NCBI GenBank assembly: GCA_030390025.1
Contig: CM059432.1
Span: forward strand, 100,194,001-100,258,000
From: Squalus acanthias
Taxonomy: Eukaryota
Direction: 5' to 3'
DNA length: 64,000 nucleotides
A model generated the notes under the pieces. The model was not told the DNA's origin, searched no databases, and saw nothing but the letters and a program-made list of their open reading frames with translations. A program made the position numbers and the translations under genes. Within the stretch, counting starts at the first letter, position 1, and every line of letters begins with the position of its first letter. Positions 50,082 to 60,940 of the stretch are shown piece after piece.

Positions 50082-51749
50082 TGTAGAATTCGCAATATAT
50101 CGCGATTTTTATTAATAAGGAGAAAACACAGAGTTTCGTTCAGACAGCTTTTGTTTCAGCGGAGTGCTGTCGGGTTTCTCGGGGTGGACACAAGCAGCCT
50201 GTAAAATGGCCGCCGCACCTCGTGACAGAACATTCTAGACTTTTCGACAGGCAGACAAGATGGCGTTCCAATAAACATTTGTGCAAGATCGATTAAGATT
50301 CGGCACATTGAAGATAATACACGAGACATTATGGGTTTACAGTGTGCACATAGGTACTGAAATCGGTCTCCCAAGGTACGAATGAAAGCTATTGTACCAA
50401 GTAATCAAGGGCCCATCCAAAGACATTAATATGTAAAATCCCAACGACTCTACGATGAGAGAGCCGTTAGCGGGTAGTTATACAAAACACTTGGAAGCCC
50501 CGGGGCCCCTCCGGGGAGAACACCGACCGATTTAACAATGGAAGAGATATTGACAGGTGCTCAGGCATTTGCGAGTAGCCCCGAAACCCATTGGGAACGG
50601 AGATCGCCCATACAGGACATTTGAGCGCCAAACCCTAACAAAAGAAGGGACATTGAGGTTGGGCGGGAAACGGAAGGTTTTGTACTATAATTACAAGCTC
50701 CAACCGTCCATCTTTCTCTTATTCTCTTGTCCGATCGACTCGTAACCTCGTGGCTGCTCCTGTGTTTTGACTCGTAGTCTTGTGCCTGCTTGCCTGGTGC
50801 CTCTTTGAAAAAGACTGTTGAACTTTCTGATCCGTTCAGGATCTACCTCGTGTCGCGTAACGAAGACCTATGTTGGTAACTGGCATCGGAACCAAAGGCC
50901 CGAGATGAGATGAGATGAGATGAGATGAGATGAGATGAGATGAGAAGAGAGGAAGACCATACTCATCGCCACGGTCAGTAAATCCCGACCGCGCCTGTAG
51001 GTCGAATAGCCAAGTTTTCCTTGCTAGGGAGACTTCTTTGAACTTGCAAGAATAGACCTTGGAAGATCCTCCAAGATAATATTGACTGGTCTGTGAAACC
51101 CATTCGGACTGTGCCTGTTAAACCAACCAACACAGATCTTCATCACAGCAGACGGTCCAGCCTGCTAGCCGGAGCAGAAGCAAGTAAACAAGTGGGACCA
51201 GGAGATCTCCTGATCGACACGTGGGTGCTGCGGTGAAAAACATCCGATCAGCTATTCGGAATTTCTCCGAGTTATCACGAGTGGTGAGCATGAGTCTCGA
51301 AATCCTACGAATCTAGCTAGGACAGATATTGATAGGGGAGGGTTTAAGTATTAAGGATACTTGTAATGTGTGCCCCTATTTACGGTGTGTCGTTCGTTCC
51401 TCGTTTCCCTAGGATTAGCTATATAACTGCTTGTAAGATTGTACTGTCATTAATCTGTGCTTATGACATGTATTTCATAATCTTAAATATCATGCAATAA
51501 AGATTTTCCATTTCGTACCATTCAACCGAGTCTACATGAGTTTCATCTCCATTACTGCTCTCGCATCTAAGTCCAGTGTCTAGAACCGTAAGGGCGAGTG
51601 ATTCGAACCACTCACAGGTGTGTCTAGTGCTCCCAGACTGGCTGGAGACCAGAACAGGCAACAAGGCCTAAACCTGCACTGACACACAGGCTGCACAGAG
51701 CCGCGTGAATCTCACAGGCTGCGAGACACGCACGGTCAAATCCCTTACA
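50082..51749 (+). mobile_element. Solo LTR B2 (1668 bp) with A>G-hypermutated U3
   Basis: TGTAG...TTACA; TSD ATGA (50078-50081 and 51750-51753); colinear with B1. Confidence 0.93.
50902..50945 (+). repeat. (GAGAT)n microsatellite expansion in LTR B2
   Basis: About 8 units versus about 2 in B1. Confidence 0.95.
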
Positions 51750-52101
51750 ATGAACATCTTGAAATCTTCATGAATTATGTCATTAAGTGGTGCAGTGGGT
51801 AGCACACTGTCCTTTTCCCTCTAGGACCAAATTCATATTCGGCCAGATTGATGCTACAAAACTTTCAGTCCACTGATGGCTGCAAAAGTCTTGTGCAGAA
51901 AAAGTTGGCACAGTTTCAACCAAATTTCTAGTGAACTTTTCCACATTACAAAAGCACATTTCAAGTTTGGGAACGATGAATAAGGTATAGGAAGGGAGTT
52001 CCAGAGAGCAGGAACAGGATGGCTGAAGGCTCTGATCCTTTCCTCCATCTTGGTTCTCTCCTCAAAAACAGTTTCCACTGCATCACATCCCTTTTGCCAA
52101 G

Positions 52102-52119
52102 GTCCTTCCGCGGTCGCCA
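52102..52119 (-). promoter_or_regulatory. Primer binding site complementary to the tRNA-Arg 3' end
   Basis: Minus strand TGGCGACCGCGGAAGGAC, 3 nt after the LTR CA; the + strand differs at one base from the vertebrate tRNA-Arg(TCG) end GTCCTGCCGCGGTCGCCA as I recall it. Confidence 0.8.
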
Positions 52120-52122
52120 TTC

Positions 52123-53369
52123 TGTAGGGGGTGGTGGTTTGTGTCAGCTTTGCCTCTGACTTCTGAGCGGTTCGAATCGCTCCCACTCCCTTGGTTCTAG
52201 ACCTTGGACTTATTCGGGGGTTGTGATACAAAAGGTGCAGCAGACAGCTGAGTTTGATGAAAAGAACTTCAATCTTTATTCAAAAGGTAAAACACAAATG
52301 ACAACACTCTTAACACTCTAAAGGTGGGGAACACTTCGGTACAAGCGAGGGAACTGACAGTAGAACAATACTTCACCCCACCCAACCCCACTTTACTAGC
52401 TAAGTTAGGTTTTGAAGGACCAGGGATAATGCTCACCAATCCTTTGACAGTTGGGCTAAATCGCGGTTTTGAGGTTCGCTGTTTATGGTGGTTAGTGTCT
52501 GCCATACCCCGTACGCGGTAGAGGACTTCACCTGCATCTCTGGTCAGTCTTCGTGAGTGGTGAGCGATGCCGACTCGTTCCAGTTCAGTTTGTCTTCTTC
52601 CTGGTTTCTTCTTCTTCTAATGACCACCGACTGCGACTGACTGACCTTGAACTGCTTAACGGGCCTTCAATTATACTGAATTGAAGTGGCCTTATCTACC
52701 CGCCAAATCTACTCAGTTCATTGTCTGGTTTTTGGCGGACTCGTAAATCGGTAACGACTTACTAGCGCGTTAACTGGTTTTTTAACAGTCCTTTAATCTC
52801 ACCCATTGAACATGGCCTTATCTACCCGCCAAATCTACTCAGTTCATTGTCTGAATTTTGGCGGGCCTGTTACCAGTAACTGCTCTGTAAGTGTCAGATG
52901 GCCTTTGGGATGGTTTGCATCCTGTCGATCTCCTTGGCTGATCACTGGTGATTGGTTTTGTGTTTCTAGGCTGGACTCGGTCTTTTCTATAGAATGGTCC
53001 TGAGTGATTTGTATTATGCATGTTTTCTGATGGGCCCTGTAATTGGTTTGATGGGGCCTGTTATTTTGGGTGGGACTGTCTTCTCCCAGGGTCTATTGTT
53101 CAAATGTTAATGTCTGCTGGGGCTTGAGTGGGGTCATCCCGGTTCCCCAGACAGTGCAATTAACTGCAATAACCAAAACTGCTTTTACAGAGGTCGAACC
53201 CACCTCCTTGTCCCTTTACAGGCCCAGACATAGTTTTAAAATGCCAAAACTTGGTTTTTGGTCTTAAATTCCTTAGGTTAGGCCGAAACGCATTTTTATC
53301 ACTCTGAGGTAGTTCCAAAGTCTTTTTTCCTTAGGTTTTTGGGGACCTGCAAATTTTGGAAACCTTACA
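52123..53369 (-). mobile_element. 5' LTR (family C, 1247 bp) of a truncated LTR retroelement, inside L2 remnants
   Basis: TGTAAGG...CCCCTACA on the minus strand; PBS follows; AATAAA near 52278; ~40-bp direct repeat at 52687 and 52813. Confidence 0.85.
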
Positions 53370-53836
53370 CCATAAAGAGATTTGAGGATAAAGACAAAAG
53401 ATTCTGAAATAGTTTGGGAATAGAGAGCCAGTGGAAGGACAGGGATGATAAGTAAGCATGTCTCAGTATGGGATCGAAGGCAGAGCTCTTGATGAGTTGG
53501 AGGTTAAGTAAGGTGGAGTTTGGAAGGCTGTCGAGGAAAGCAGTGTTATTACAGTTGTGAGCATATCGATACTCATACCCTTTCATTGACTAGAAAACTA
53601 GCCTTTAAAGCTGTTCCTATTCTCAAGTTGGGTATTTGATGGGGCGGAAGAGGAAAGATAAGTGAAACATTCCATGCATAAAATAATAAGAAAAAAGGAC
53701 TGGAATATCAGCAAAATATAACATTAAATTTAATATTAAAAAGACACAGAATAAGGGGGAGAACAGGAGGAAAAATGAAAGACAGAGCAACCACAGGCAA
53801 AACCTTTTTCCAGTTTAATGTATTAATCAGGGTTAC

Positions 53837-53886
53837 TATTACAGTAATAAAGCTATTCCATGTTTAATAGCTTTATTACTGTAATA
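53837..53886. repeat. Perfect 21-bp-arm inverted repeat
   Basis: tattacagtaataaagctatt, 8-nt spacer, aatagctttattactgtaata. Confidence 0.9.
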
Positions 53887-55858
53887 TTAATGTCTATTTC
53901 AGAGTTACAGTGCATGAGCTGAAAACAAACAACAGTTATCCCAGGAAGATGGTAGTTTCCCTGAACTTACTGGCAGTCTAAAGGTTAATTGATGATAAAT
54001 TGACAGTCACACTCACTAAAGTAATAATTGTAGCTGACATCCTACATCCTAATAATAAAAAAGTAAATAGGTAATGAATTACAGCCAGTTATACCTATGC
54101 AATTGCAAGGCCACCTCCCAAAATTTATAATTACAGATTAAATGTTAATAATAAATATGACACAAAATTCCCTCAGACATTCCGCTAGATGCCTGTAATA
54201 ACCCTGTCTGCCCCGCACAAGGCTACTTATGCATAGGGAGAACGGCTGGGGTGCGGGAAATTTCTTTGCTCGGAGTCCCCACTTCTTCAGTCCACAAGGA
54301 ATCCGGCCTAACACCGAAGGCTGGTATACCCAGTGATATGAGGCATTCTGGATCTTCAGAAGGGCAGAAGTGGGCCCCACCAGGGTGTGGTGGGGGGATT
54401 CAGAACAGGTTGGTGGCCTGGACCCCTAAAGAAAGGTAGAATTTGTTTTAAATTATGGATCAGCTCCCTTACACAAAGCCTGGGGGCCGGTGGGGAGGGG
54501 TTGGGTGGTTTATGGGGTGTCCAGGATGGAGGGGAGAAAGACCTGGAACTGCAAGCCCTCCGCAAATGAGGTGCCATTTTACTGACCCTGCAAACGTCGA
54601 TGGGGTCAGCACTTAAATGCTCCAATGGGCATGAACCCAGTGTATCTGCTAGACAGAAGAGGGAGAGTTTCATGCAACATTATTGGCAATAATAAGTTCA
54701 CCTTAAATTAAAACAAATATTTCCATGCTCCTTCCAGCAGTAGCAGTTTCCCATCTGGTCAAACACCAACTGCTTGTTTTTTTTTTATTCATTCACGGGA
54801 TGTGGACGTCGCTGGCGAGGCCAGCATTTATTGCCCATCCCTAATTGCTCTTAAGGTGGTGGTGAGCTGCCTTCTTGAACCGCTGCAGTCCGTGTGGTGA
54901 AAGTACTCACACAGTGCTGTTATGTAGGGAGTTCCAGGATTTTGATCCAGCAACAATAAAGGAACGGCAATATATTTCCAACTTGGTATGGTGTGTGACT
55001 TGGAGGGGAACTTGGAGGTGGTGGTATTCCCACGTGCCTACAGCCCTTGTGCTTCTCGGTGGTAAGAGGTCGCGGGTTTGGGAGGTGCTGTCAAAAAAGT
55101 CACAGTACGCCGGTGGTGGGGTGAGTGAATGTTTAAGGTGGTGGATGGGGTGCCAACCAAGCTGGCTGCTTTGTCCTGGATGGTGTTGAGCTTCTTGAGT
55201 GTTGTTGGAGCTGCACTCATCCAGGCAAGTGGAGAGTATTCCATCACACTCCTTACTTGTGCCTTGTTGATGGTAGAAAGGCTTTGGGGAGTCAGGACAT
55301 GAGTCACTCGCCACAAAATACCCAGCCTCTGACCTGCTCTTGTTGCCACAGTTTTTATGTGGCTGGTCCAGTTGAGTTTCTGGTCAATGGTAACCCCCAG
55401 GATGTTGATGGTGGGGGCTTCGACGATGTTAATGCCATTGAATGTCAAGGGGAGGTGGTTAGACTTTCTCTTGTTGGAGATAGTCATTGCCTGTCACTTT
55501 GTGTGGCACAAATGTTACTTGTGACTTAACAGCACAAGCCTAAATGTTGTCCAGGTCTTGCTGCATTCGGCCACGGACTGCCTCATTATCTGAGGAGTTG
55601 CGAATGGAACTGAACACTGCGCAATCATCCCCACTTCTGATCTTATGATGGAGGGAAGGTCATTGATGAAGCAGCTGAAGATGGTTGGGCCAAGGACACT
55701 GCCCTGAGGGACTCCTTCAGCGATGTCCTGCGGCTGAGATGATTGGCCTCCAACAACCACAATTATCTTCCTTTGTGCTACGTATAACTCCAGCCAGTGG
55801 AGAGTTTTCCCCCTGGTTCCCATTGACTTCAATTTTAATAGGGCTCCTTGATGCCATA

Positions 55859-56280
55859 CTCCAGTCCCACTCCAGAGACTTGAGCATAAAAATCTAGGCT
55901 GACACTCCAGTGCAGCGCTGAGGGAGAACTGCACTGTCTGATGTGCCATCTTTCAGATGAGATGTTAAACCGAGGCCCCTTCTGCTATCCCAGGTGAACA
56001 TAAAAGATCCCATGGCACTAATTCGAAGAAAAGCAGGGGATTTATCCCCAGTGTCCTGGCCAATATTTATCCCTCAATCAGCATAACACAAACAGATTAT
56101 CTGGTCACTTTCCCATTGCTGTTTATGGGACCTTGCTGTGCGCAAATTGGCTGCCACGTTTTCTACATTACAACAATGACTACACTTGAAAAGTACTTCA
56201 TTGGTTGTAAAGCGCTTTGAGACGTCCAGTGGTCGTGAAAAGGCGCTATCTAAATGCAAGTCTTTCTTTTTTTCTTTTTT
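55859..56280 (+). mobile_element. DeuSINE
   Basis: Deu-domain plus gcgctatctaaatgcaagtcttt tail. Confidence 0.85.
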
Positions 56281-56751
56281 ACTCGGTCAAATGCTGCCCT
56301 GGTGTCAAGGGCAGTCATTCTCACCTCACCTCTGGAATTCAGCTCTTTTATTCATGTTTGGACTGAGGCTGTAATGAGGTCTGGAGCCAAGTGAGCCTGG
56401 TGAAACCCAAACTGAGCATTGGTGAGCAGTGCTGCTTGATAGCACTCTCACTGACCCCTTCCATCTCTTTGCTGATGAGTAAGAGTAGGCTGATGGGCGG
56501 TAATTGGTCAGATTGGATTTGTCCTGGTTTTTGGGGACGGGACATACCTGGGTAATTTTCCACTTTGTCAGATAGATGCCAGTGTTGTAGCTCTACAGGA
56601 ACAGCTTGGCCCCCTTGTAGCAGCTGTTAAGTGGTAGATTGTATCAATGCAGAGATTAGACAAGCATGTCGTAAAGGCAGAGTGGTTTTAATGGGGGATT
56701 TTAACTTTCATATAGATTGGGATAAGCAGACTAGCACTTATCAGAAAGGTC

Positions 56752-57140
56752 GGGGGGAATTTTTCGGGAGTCTGCGGGCGCGTTCGATGGTGGGTCAGGT
56801 GGGAAAATGTTTTTTTTTGACAGTGGGTCGGGACCCCACTGTGAACCCGCTGTCACGTGCCTTTCCCAGATGTCGGATCTGTCAGCGCTGAACAGACCCA
56901 ACACACAGCGGCAGGGGAGGCAATTCAGGTCCTTATGATCTTGTTAACAGACCATTAAGACCATCAAATGATGTCATCAGACCCGCTTCCTTCAATTGGC
57001 TGGCAAACGCGCTGGGCGGGCTTAACAAGTCCAATCAGGGCAAAATCATTTTGAACAGCGGGCTGGACCCAGCAGCAGGATTGGGACCTGCCACTGACCT
57101 CGCCCGCCACGGACCCGCTGAGCTTGGTAAAATCCAGCCC
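56752..57140. mobile_element. Harbinger-type MITE
   Basis: Ends ggggggaatttt / aaaatccagccc. Confidence 0.75.
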
Positions 57141-57561
57141 ATAGTGAATTTCTTGAGTGTGTGCGGTATCGTTTTCTCCAACAATATGTCCTAGAAACAA
57201 CAAGGGGGGGATGTCATATTGATTTAGTAATGAGTAATGGGCCAGATTTAACCCTAACGGTGCGTGAACATTTAACTTATAGCCATCATAACTTGATCGA
57301 GTTCAAAGTACTGTTTGAAAGGGAGAAACACGCAACAGCTACTAAAATTCTAAATTTTGTTAAGACTGACTTCACTGCCATGAGACAGAGACTGTCCACA
57401 GTAAACTGGGCAAATCTGTTAATGGGTAAAATGACAAAAGATCAGTGGGAGGTGTTCATCAAAGAATTAAATGTGATACAGAAACAGTTTGTACCCTAAG
57501 GGGCAAGAGCTCTACTTGCCAAAAAAAACAGCCATGGACAACTAAAGAGGTAAGAGACAAC

Positions 57562-58305
57562 GGCCCAGAAATTGAACTCGCTCTGTTCCCGCGGGGGTAA
57601 GCCTTTCCCGCGATGTCTCACCTCGCTTATGCTTTTTCTGATCCAGCTCGCACGAAATTGATGTTCTGGACAGCTGCTGTGCTGGGCTTGCGTATCCCAG
57701 CGGCGTAGTTAATTCGTGCGAGCTGTGGGATCACGTGACTCAGTTAGAGCCAATGGCAGCACACCATCTTCCATTCATAAGTCTCACAGCATGGCTGAGA
57801 GACTTATGAATCTTACACCCCCCCAAAATAACAGCTAAACCTCAATTAAATTAAAAAAAAACCCCATCACATTAATAAAATAAGTATAGTTAATTAAATT
57901 AACCATTTTAAATAAAAAATTAAATTTTTGAAAAAATTTAAAATCTTTTAAAAAGTTATAAAAATAAACTTACCTGTCTTTAAAGTCTATAAAAAAGATA
58001 TACCTGTAAAAAAAAATTCAAAAAAATACTTAATTCACTACTTACCTTCTTAAAAGCGGGTCTTACTCCTCCTTTTTACATTTCCAAAATCTTCAGTACT
58101 TACCTGCGCGTCCAAAGCATGAAGTGCACAGCGTGCGCGCAGCCTGTAGCGCGCACGCGATGCACTCCGGCCCCGCCCCCTTTTCGGAAGAGCAATTGCC
58201 GGTTTTCAGCGCATGCGCAGGGCATGCAGAAAACCGGCAATTGGAGTGGGAATACGCGAGAGTATGCAGTGCGTACTCTCGCGTCCCGGGATCAATTTTC
58301 GGCCC
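57562..58305. mobile_element. Harbinger-type MITE (744 bp; sister of 16523-17228)
   Basis: TIRs ggcccagaaattga / tcaattttcggccc; TSD AAC. Confidence 0.9.
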
Positions 58306-60644
58306 AACATAAAACTAAAAGAAATAGCATACAAAAATGCAAAAAAAATAGCACGGATCCTGGCGAATGGGAAAGATGCAAAGATCAGAAAGGGGTGACA
58401 AAACAAATAGTAAGAGCTACAAAAAGGGAGTATGAAAAGAAACTTACAAGGGATATCAAAATCAATAGAAAAAAATGTTACAATTATATTAAGAAAAATG
58501 GGATGGTCAGGAGCAATGTTGGCCCCTTGAAAACTGCTAACGGTGATATTGTCTACACTCTACACATAAAGGGTGGCAGATGTTTGGAACTCTCTTCCGC
58601 AAACGGCAATTGATGCTAGATCAATGGTTAATTTTAAATCTGAGATTGATAGATTTTTGTTCACCCAAGGTATTAAGGGATATGGGGCAAAGGCGGGTTT
58701 ATGGAGTTAGGTCACAGATCAGCCGTGATCTCATTGAATGGCAGAACATGCTTGAGGGGCTAAATAGCCTTCTCCTGTTCCTATGTTGTTGGGGCCCATA
58801 GCCTTTGCTGCATCCAGTGCGCTCAGTTGTTTCTTGATATCATGTGGCGTAAATCGAATTAGCTGAAGACTGGCTTCTGTGATGGTGGGGACCTCAGGAG
58901 GAGGCCGAGATGGATCATCCGCTGAAGACGGTTCAGCCTGGTCTTTTGCACTTATGTGCTGGGCTCCGCCATCATTGAGGATGGGGTGGTCATGGAGCCT
59001 CCTCCTCCAGTTAGTTGTTTAATTGTCCACCACCATTCATGACTGGATATGGCAGGACTGCAGAGCTTTGATCTGATCCGTTGGTTGTGCGATCACTTAG
59101 CTCTGTCTATAGCATGCTGCTTCTGCTGTTTAGCATGCATGTAGTCCTGTGTTGTAGCTTCACCAGGTTGGCACCTCATTTTTAGGTACACCTGGTGCAT
59201 GCTCTTTTACACTCCTCATTGAACCAGAGTTGGTCCCCTGGCTTGATGGTAATGGTAGAGTGAGGGGTATGCCGGGCCATGACGTTACCGATTGTAGTGG
59301 AATACAATTCTGGTGCTGCTGGTGGCCCAGAGTGCTTCATGGATGCCCAGTTTTGAGCTGCTAGATTTGTTCTGAATCTATCCCGTTTAGCACATTGGTA
59401 GTACACACAACACGATGGAGGGGTCCTCAGTGTAATGTCGGGACGGGACTTTATCTCCACAAGGACTGTGCGGTGGTCACTCTTACCAATATAGTCGTGG
59501 ACAGATGCATCTACGACAGGTAGATTGGTGAGGACGAGGTCAAGTAGGTTTTTAAGCTCGTGTTGGCTCTCTCACCACCTGCTGCAAGCCCAGTCTGGCA
59601 GCTATGTCCTTTAGGACTCAGCCAGCTCGATCAGTAGTGGTGCTACCGAGCCACTCTTGTTGATAGACATTGAGCACATTCTGTGCCCTTGCTACCCTCA
59701 GTGCTTTTTCCAAGTGGTGTTCAACATGGCGGAGTACTGATTCATCAGCTGAGGGAGGGTAGCAGGTGGTAATCAGCAGGGGGTTTCCTTGCCCATGCTT
59801 GACCTGATGCCATGAGACTTCATGGTGTCTGGAGTCAATGTTGAGGACTCCTAGGGCCACTCCCTCCTGACTATATCACAGTGCCACCACCTCTGATGGA
59901 TCTGTCCTGCCGGTGAGACAGGAAATACCCAGGGATGGTGATAGAGGAGTCTGGGACGTTGGCTGAAAGGTATGTTTTTGAGAGTGTGACTATGTCAGTG
60001 ACACCTTCCCACTGCTAGCTCTAGGCAAACGAACAGGTACTCAATGGAGGCAACTTCCAAGATGAATCGCACTTTCACTGTATTGAATTAAGTATCCATC
60101 AAATGTGTAGTGCATTGCTTCCAAGTCAGGGAATAAAAATGATTTGGGCAAACCCAAGTTTTGTTAATAGAATATGTCACAGCCAGTATGAAAAATGAAT
60201 TTTATGTCCACTCATGAGATTCATAGTAACTCACTCACAATCTTATATGGTCGGTTATATTTATGGGAATAAAAGTCATACTTCACAGCTGGTCATTATG
60301 TTTTCAATGTTTACTGCTGCTGTTTGGGTTAGGCCATAGGTGACTTCTAATTTTTCAATGTTTTATGACCAATATCAGAAGTTTGTAACTTTTCTTCCCC
60401 ACTCCCCAAATAAAGCCTGCAATTAGGCCAAAGGGGAAGTCGCGATAAATTCCATTTTATATTTAGATAGCTAAAATTAAATAAAAGTAAATAGGCAGCC
60501 GGCATTTTAGTCATTCTGGCTCAAATAACACACATTTTACGAGATGACAATAGCTTGTTTTTTATTATTGTGCAAGCTAGTAATCAATAACTGAGTGCCA
60601 AATGAATTTATCAACATTCAAAACACATCCATATTTTTAATCAT

Positions 60645-60767
60645 GTAAGTTCTTTCCTAAATTACAACAGTGACTACACTCCAAAAGTACTTCATTGGCA
60701 GTAAAGCGCTTTGAGATATCCGGTGGACGTGAAAGGTGTTATATAAATCCAAGTCTTTCTTTCTTTT
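60645..60767 (+). mobile_element. DeuSINE 3' tail fragment
   Basis: aaagtacttcattggc...agcgctttgaga...tatataaatccaagtcttt. Confidence 0.75.
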
Positions 60768-60940
60768 AGAACGGATTTACAGAGGAATTATATATTTTTA
60801 ATGAATTTTATATAGCTATTTGTAACTAGCAGGAGAATACAACAGATAAAATATAGAGAAGGGGTTAAATATCTTCATAATGATAAATTTAATCATTCTT
60901 ACCTTGCCAGCACTAATTAATATCTTTTCTCTCCGACAGG

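Larger units (their letters stand above)
56612..58786 (+). mobile_element. Internally deleted CR1 carrying two MITEs
   Basis: VVLMGDFNFHIDW; EN end; 3' tail at 58570-58786. Confidence 0.8.
54779..59998 (-). mobile_element. tRNA-headed LINE family copy T4 (5'-truncated within EN), split by a SINE and a CR1
   Basis: Segments 54779-55858, 56295-56610 and 58785-59998 are colinear with T3. Confidence 0.88.

Noticed and set aside
51854..52231. 125-aa ORF as a gag start
   Set aside because: Runs across LTR, PBS and L2 sequence; chimeric
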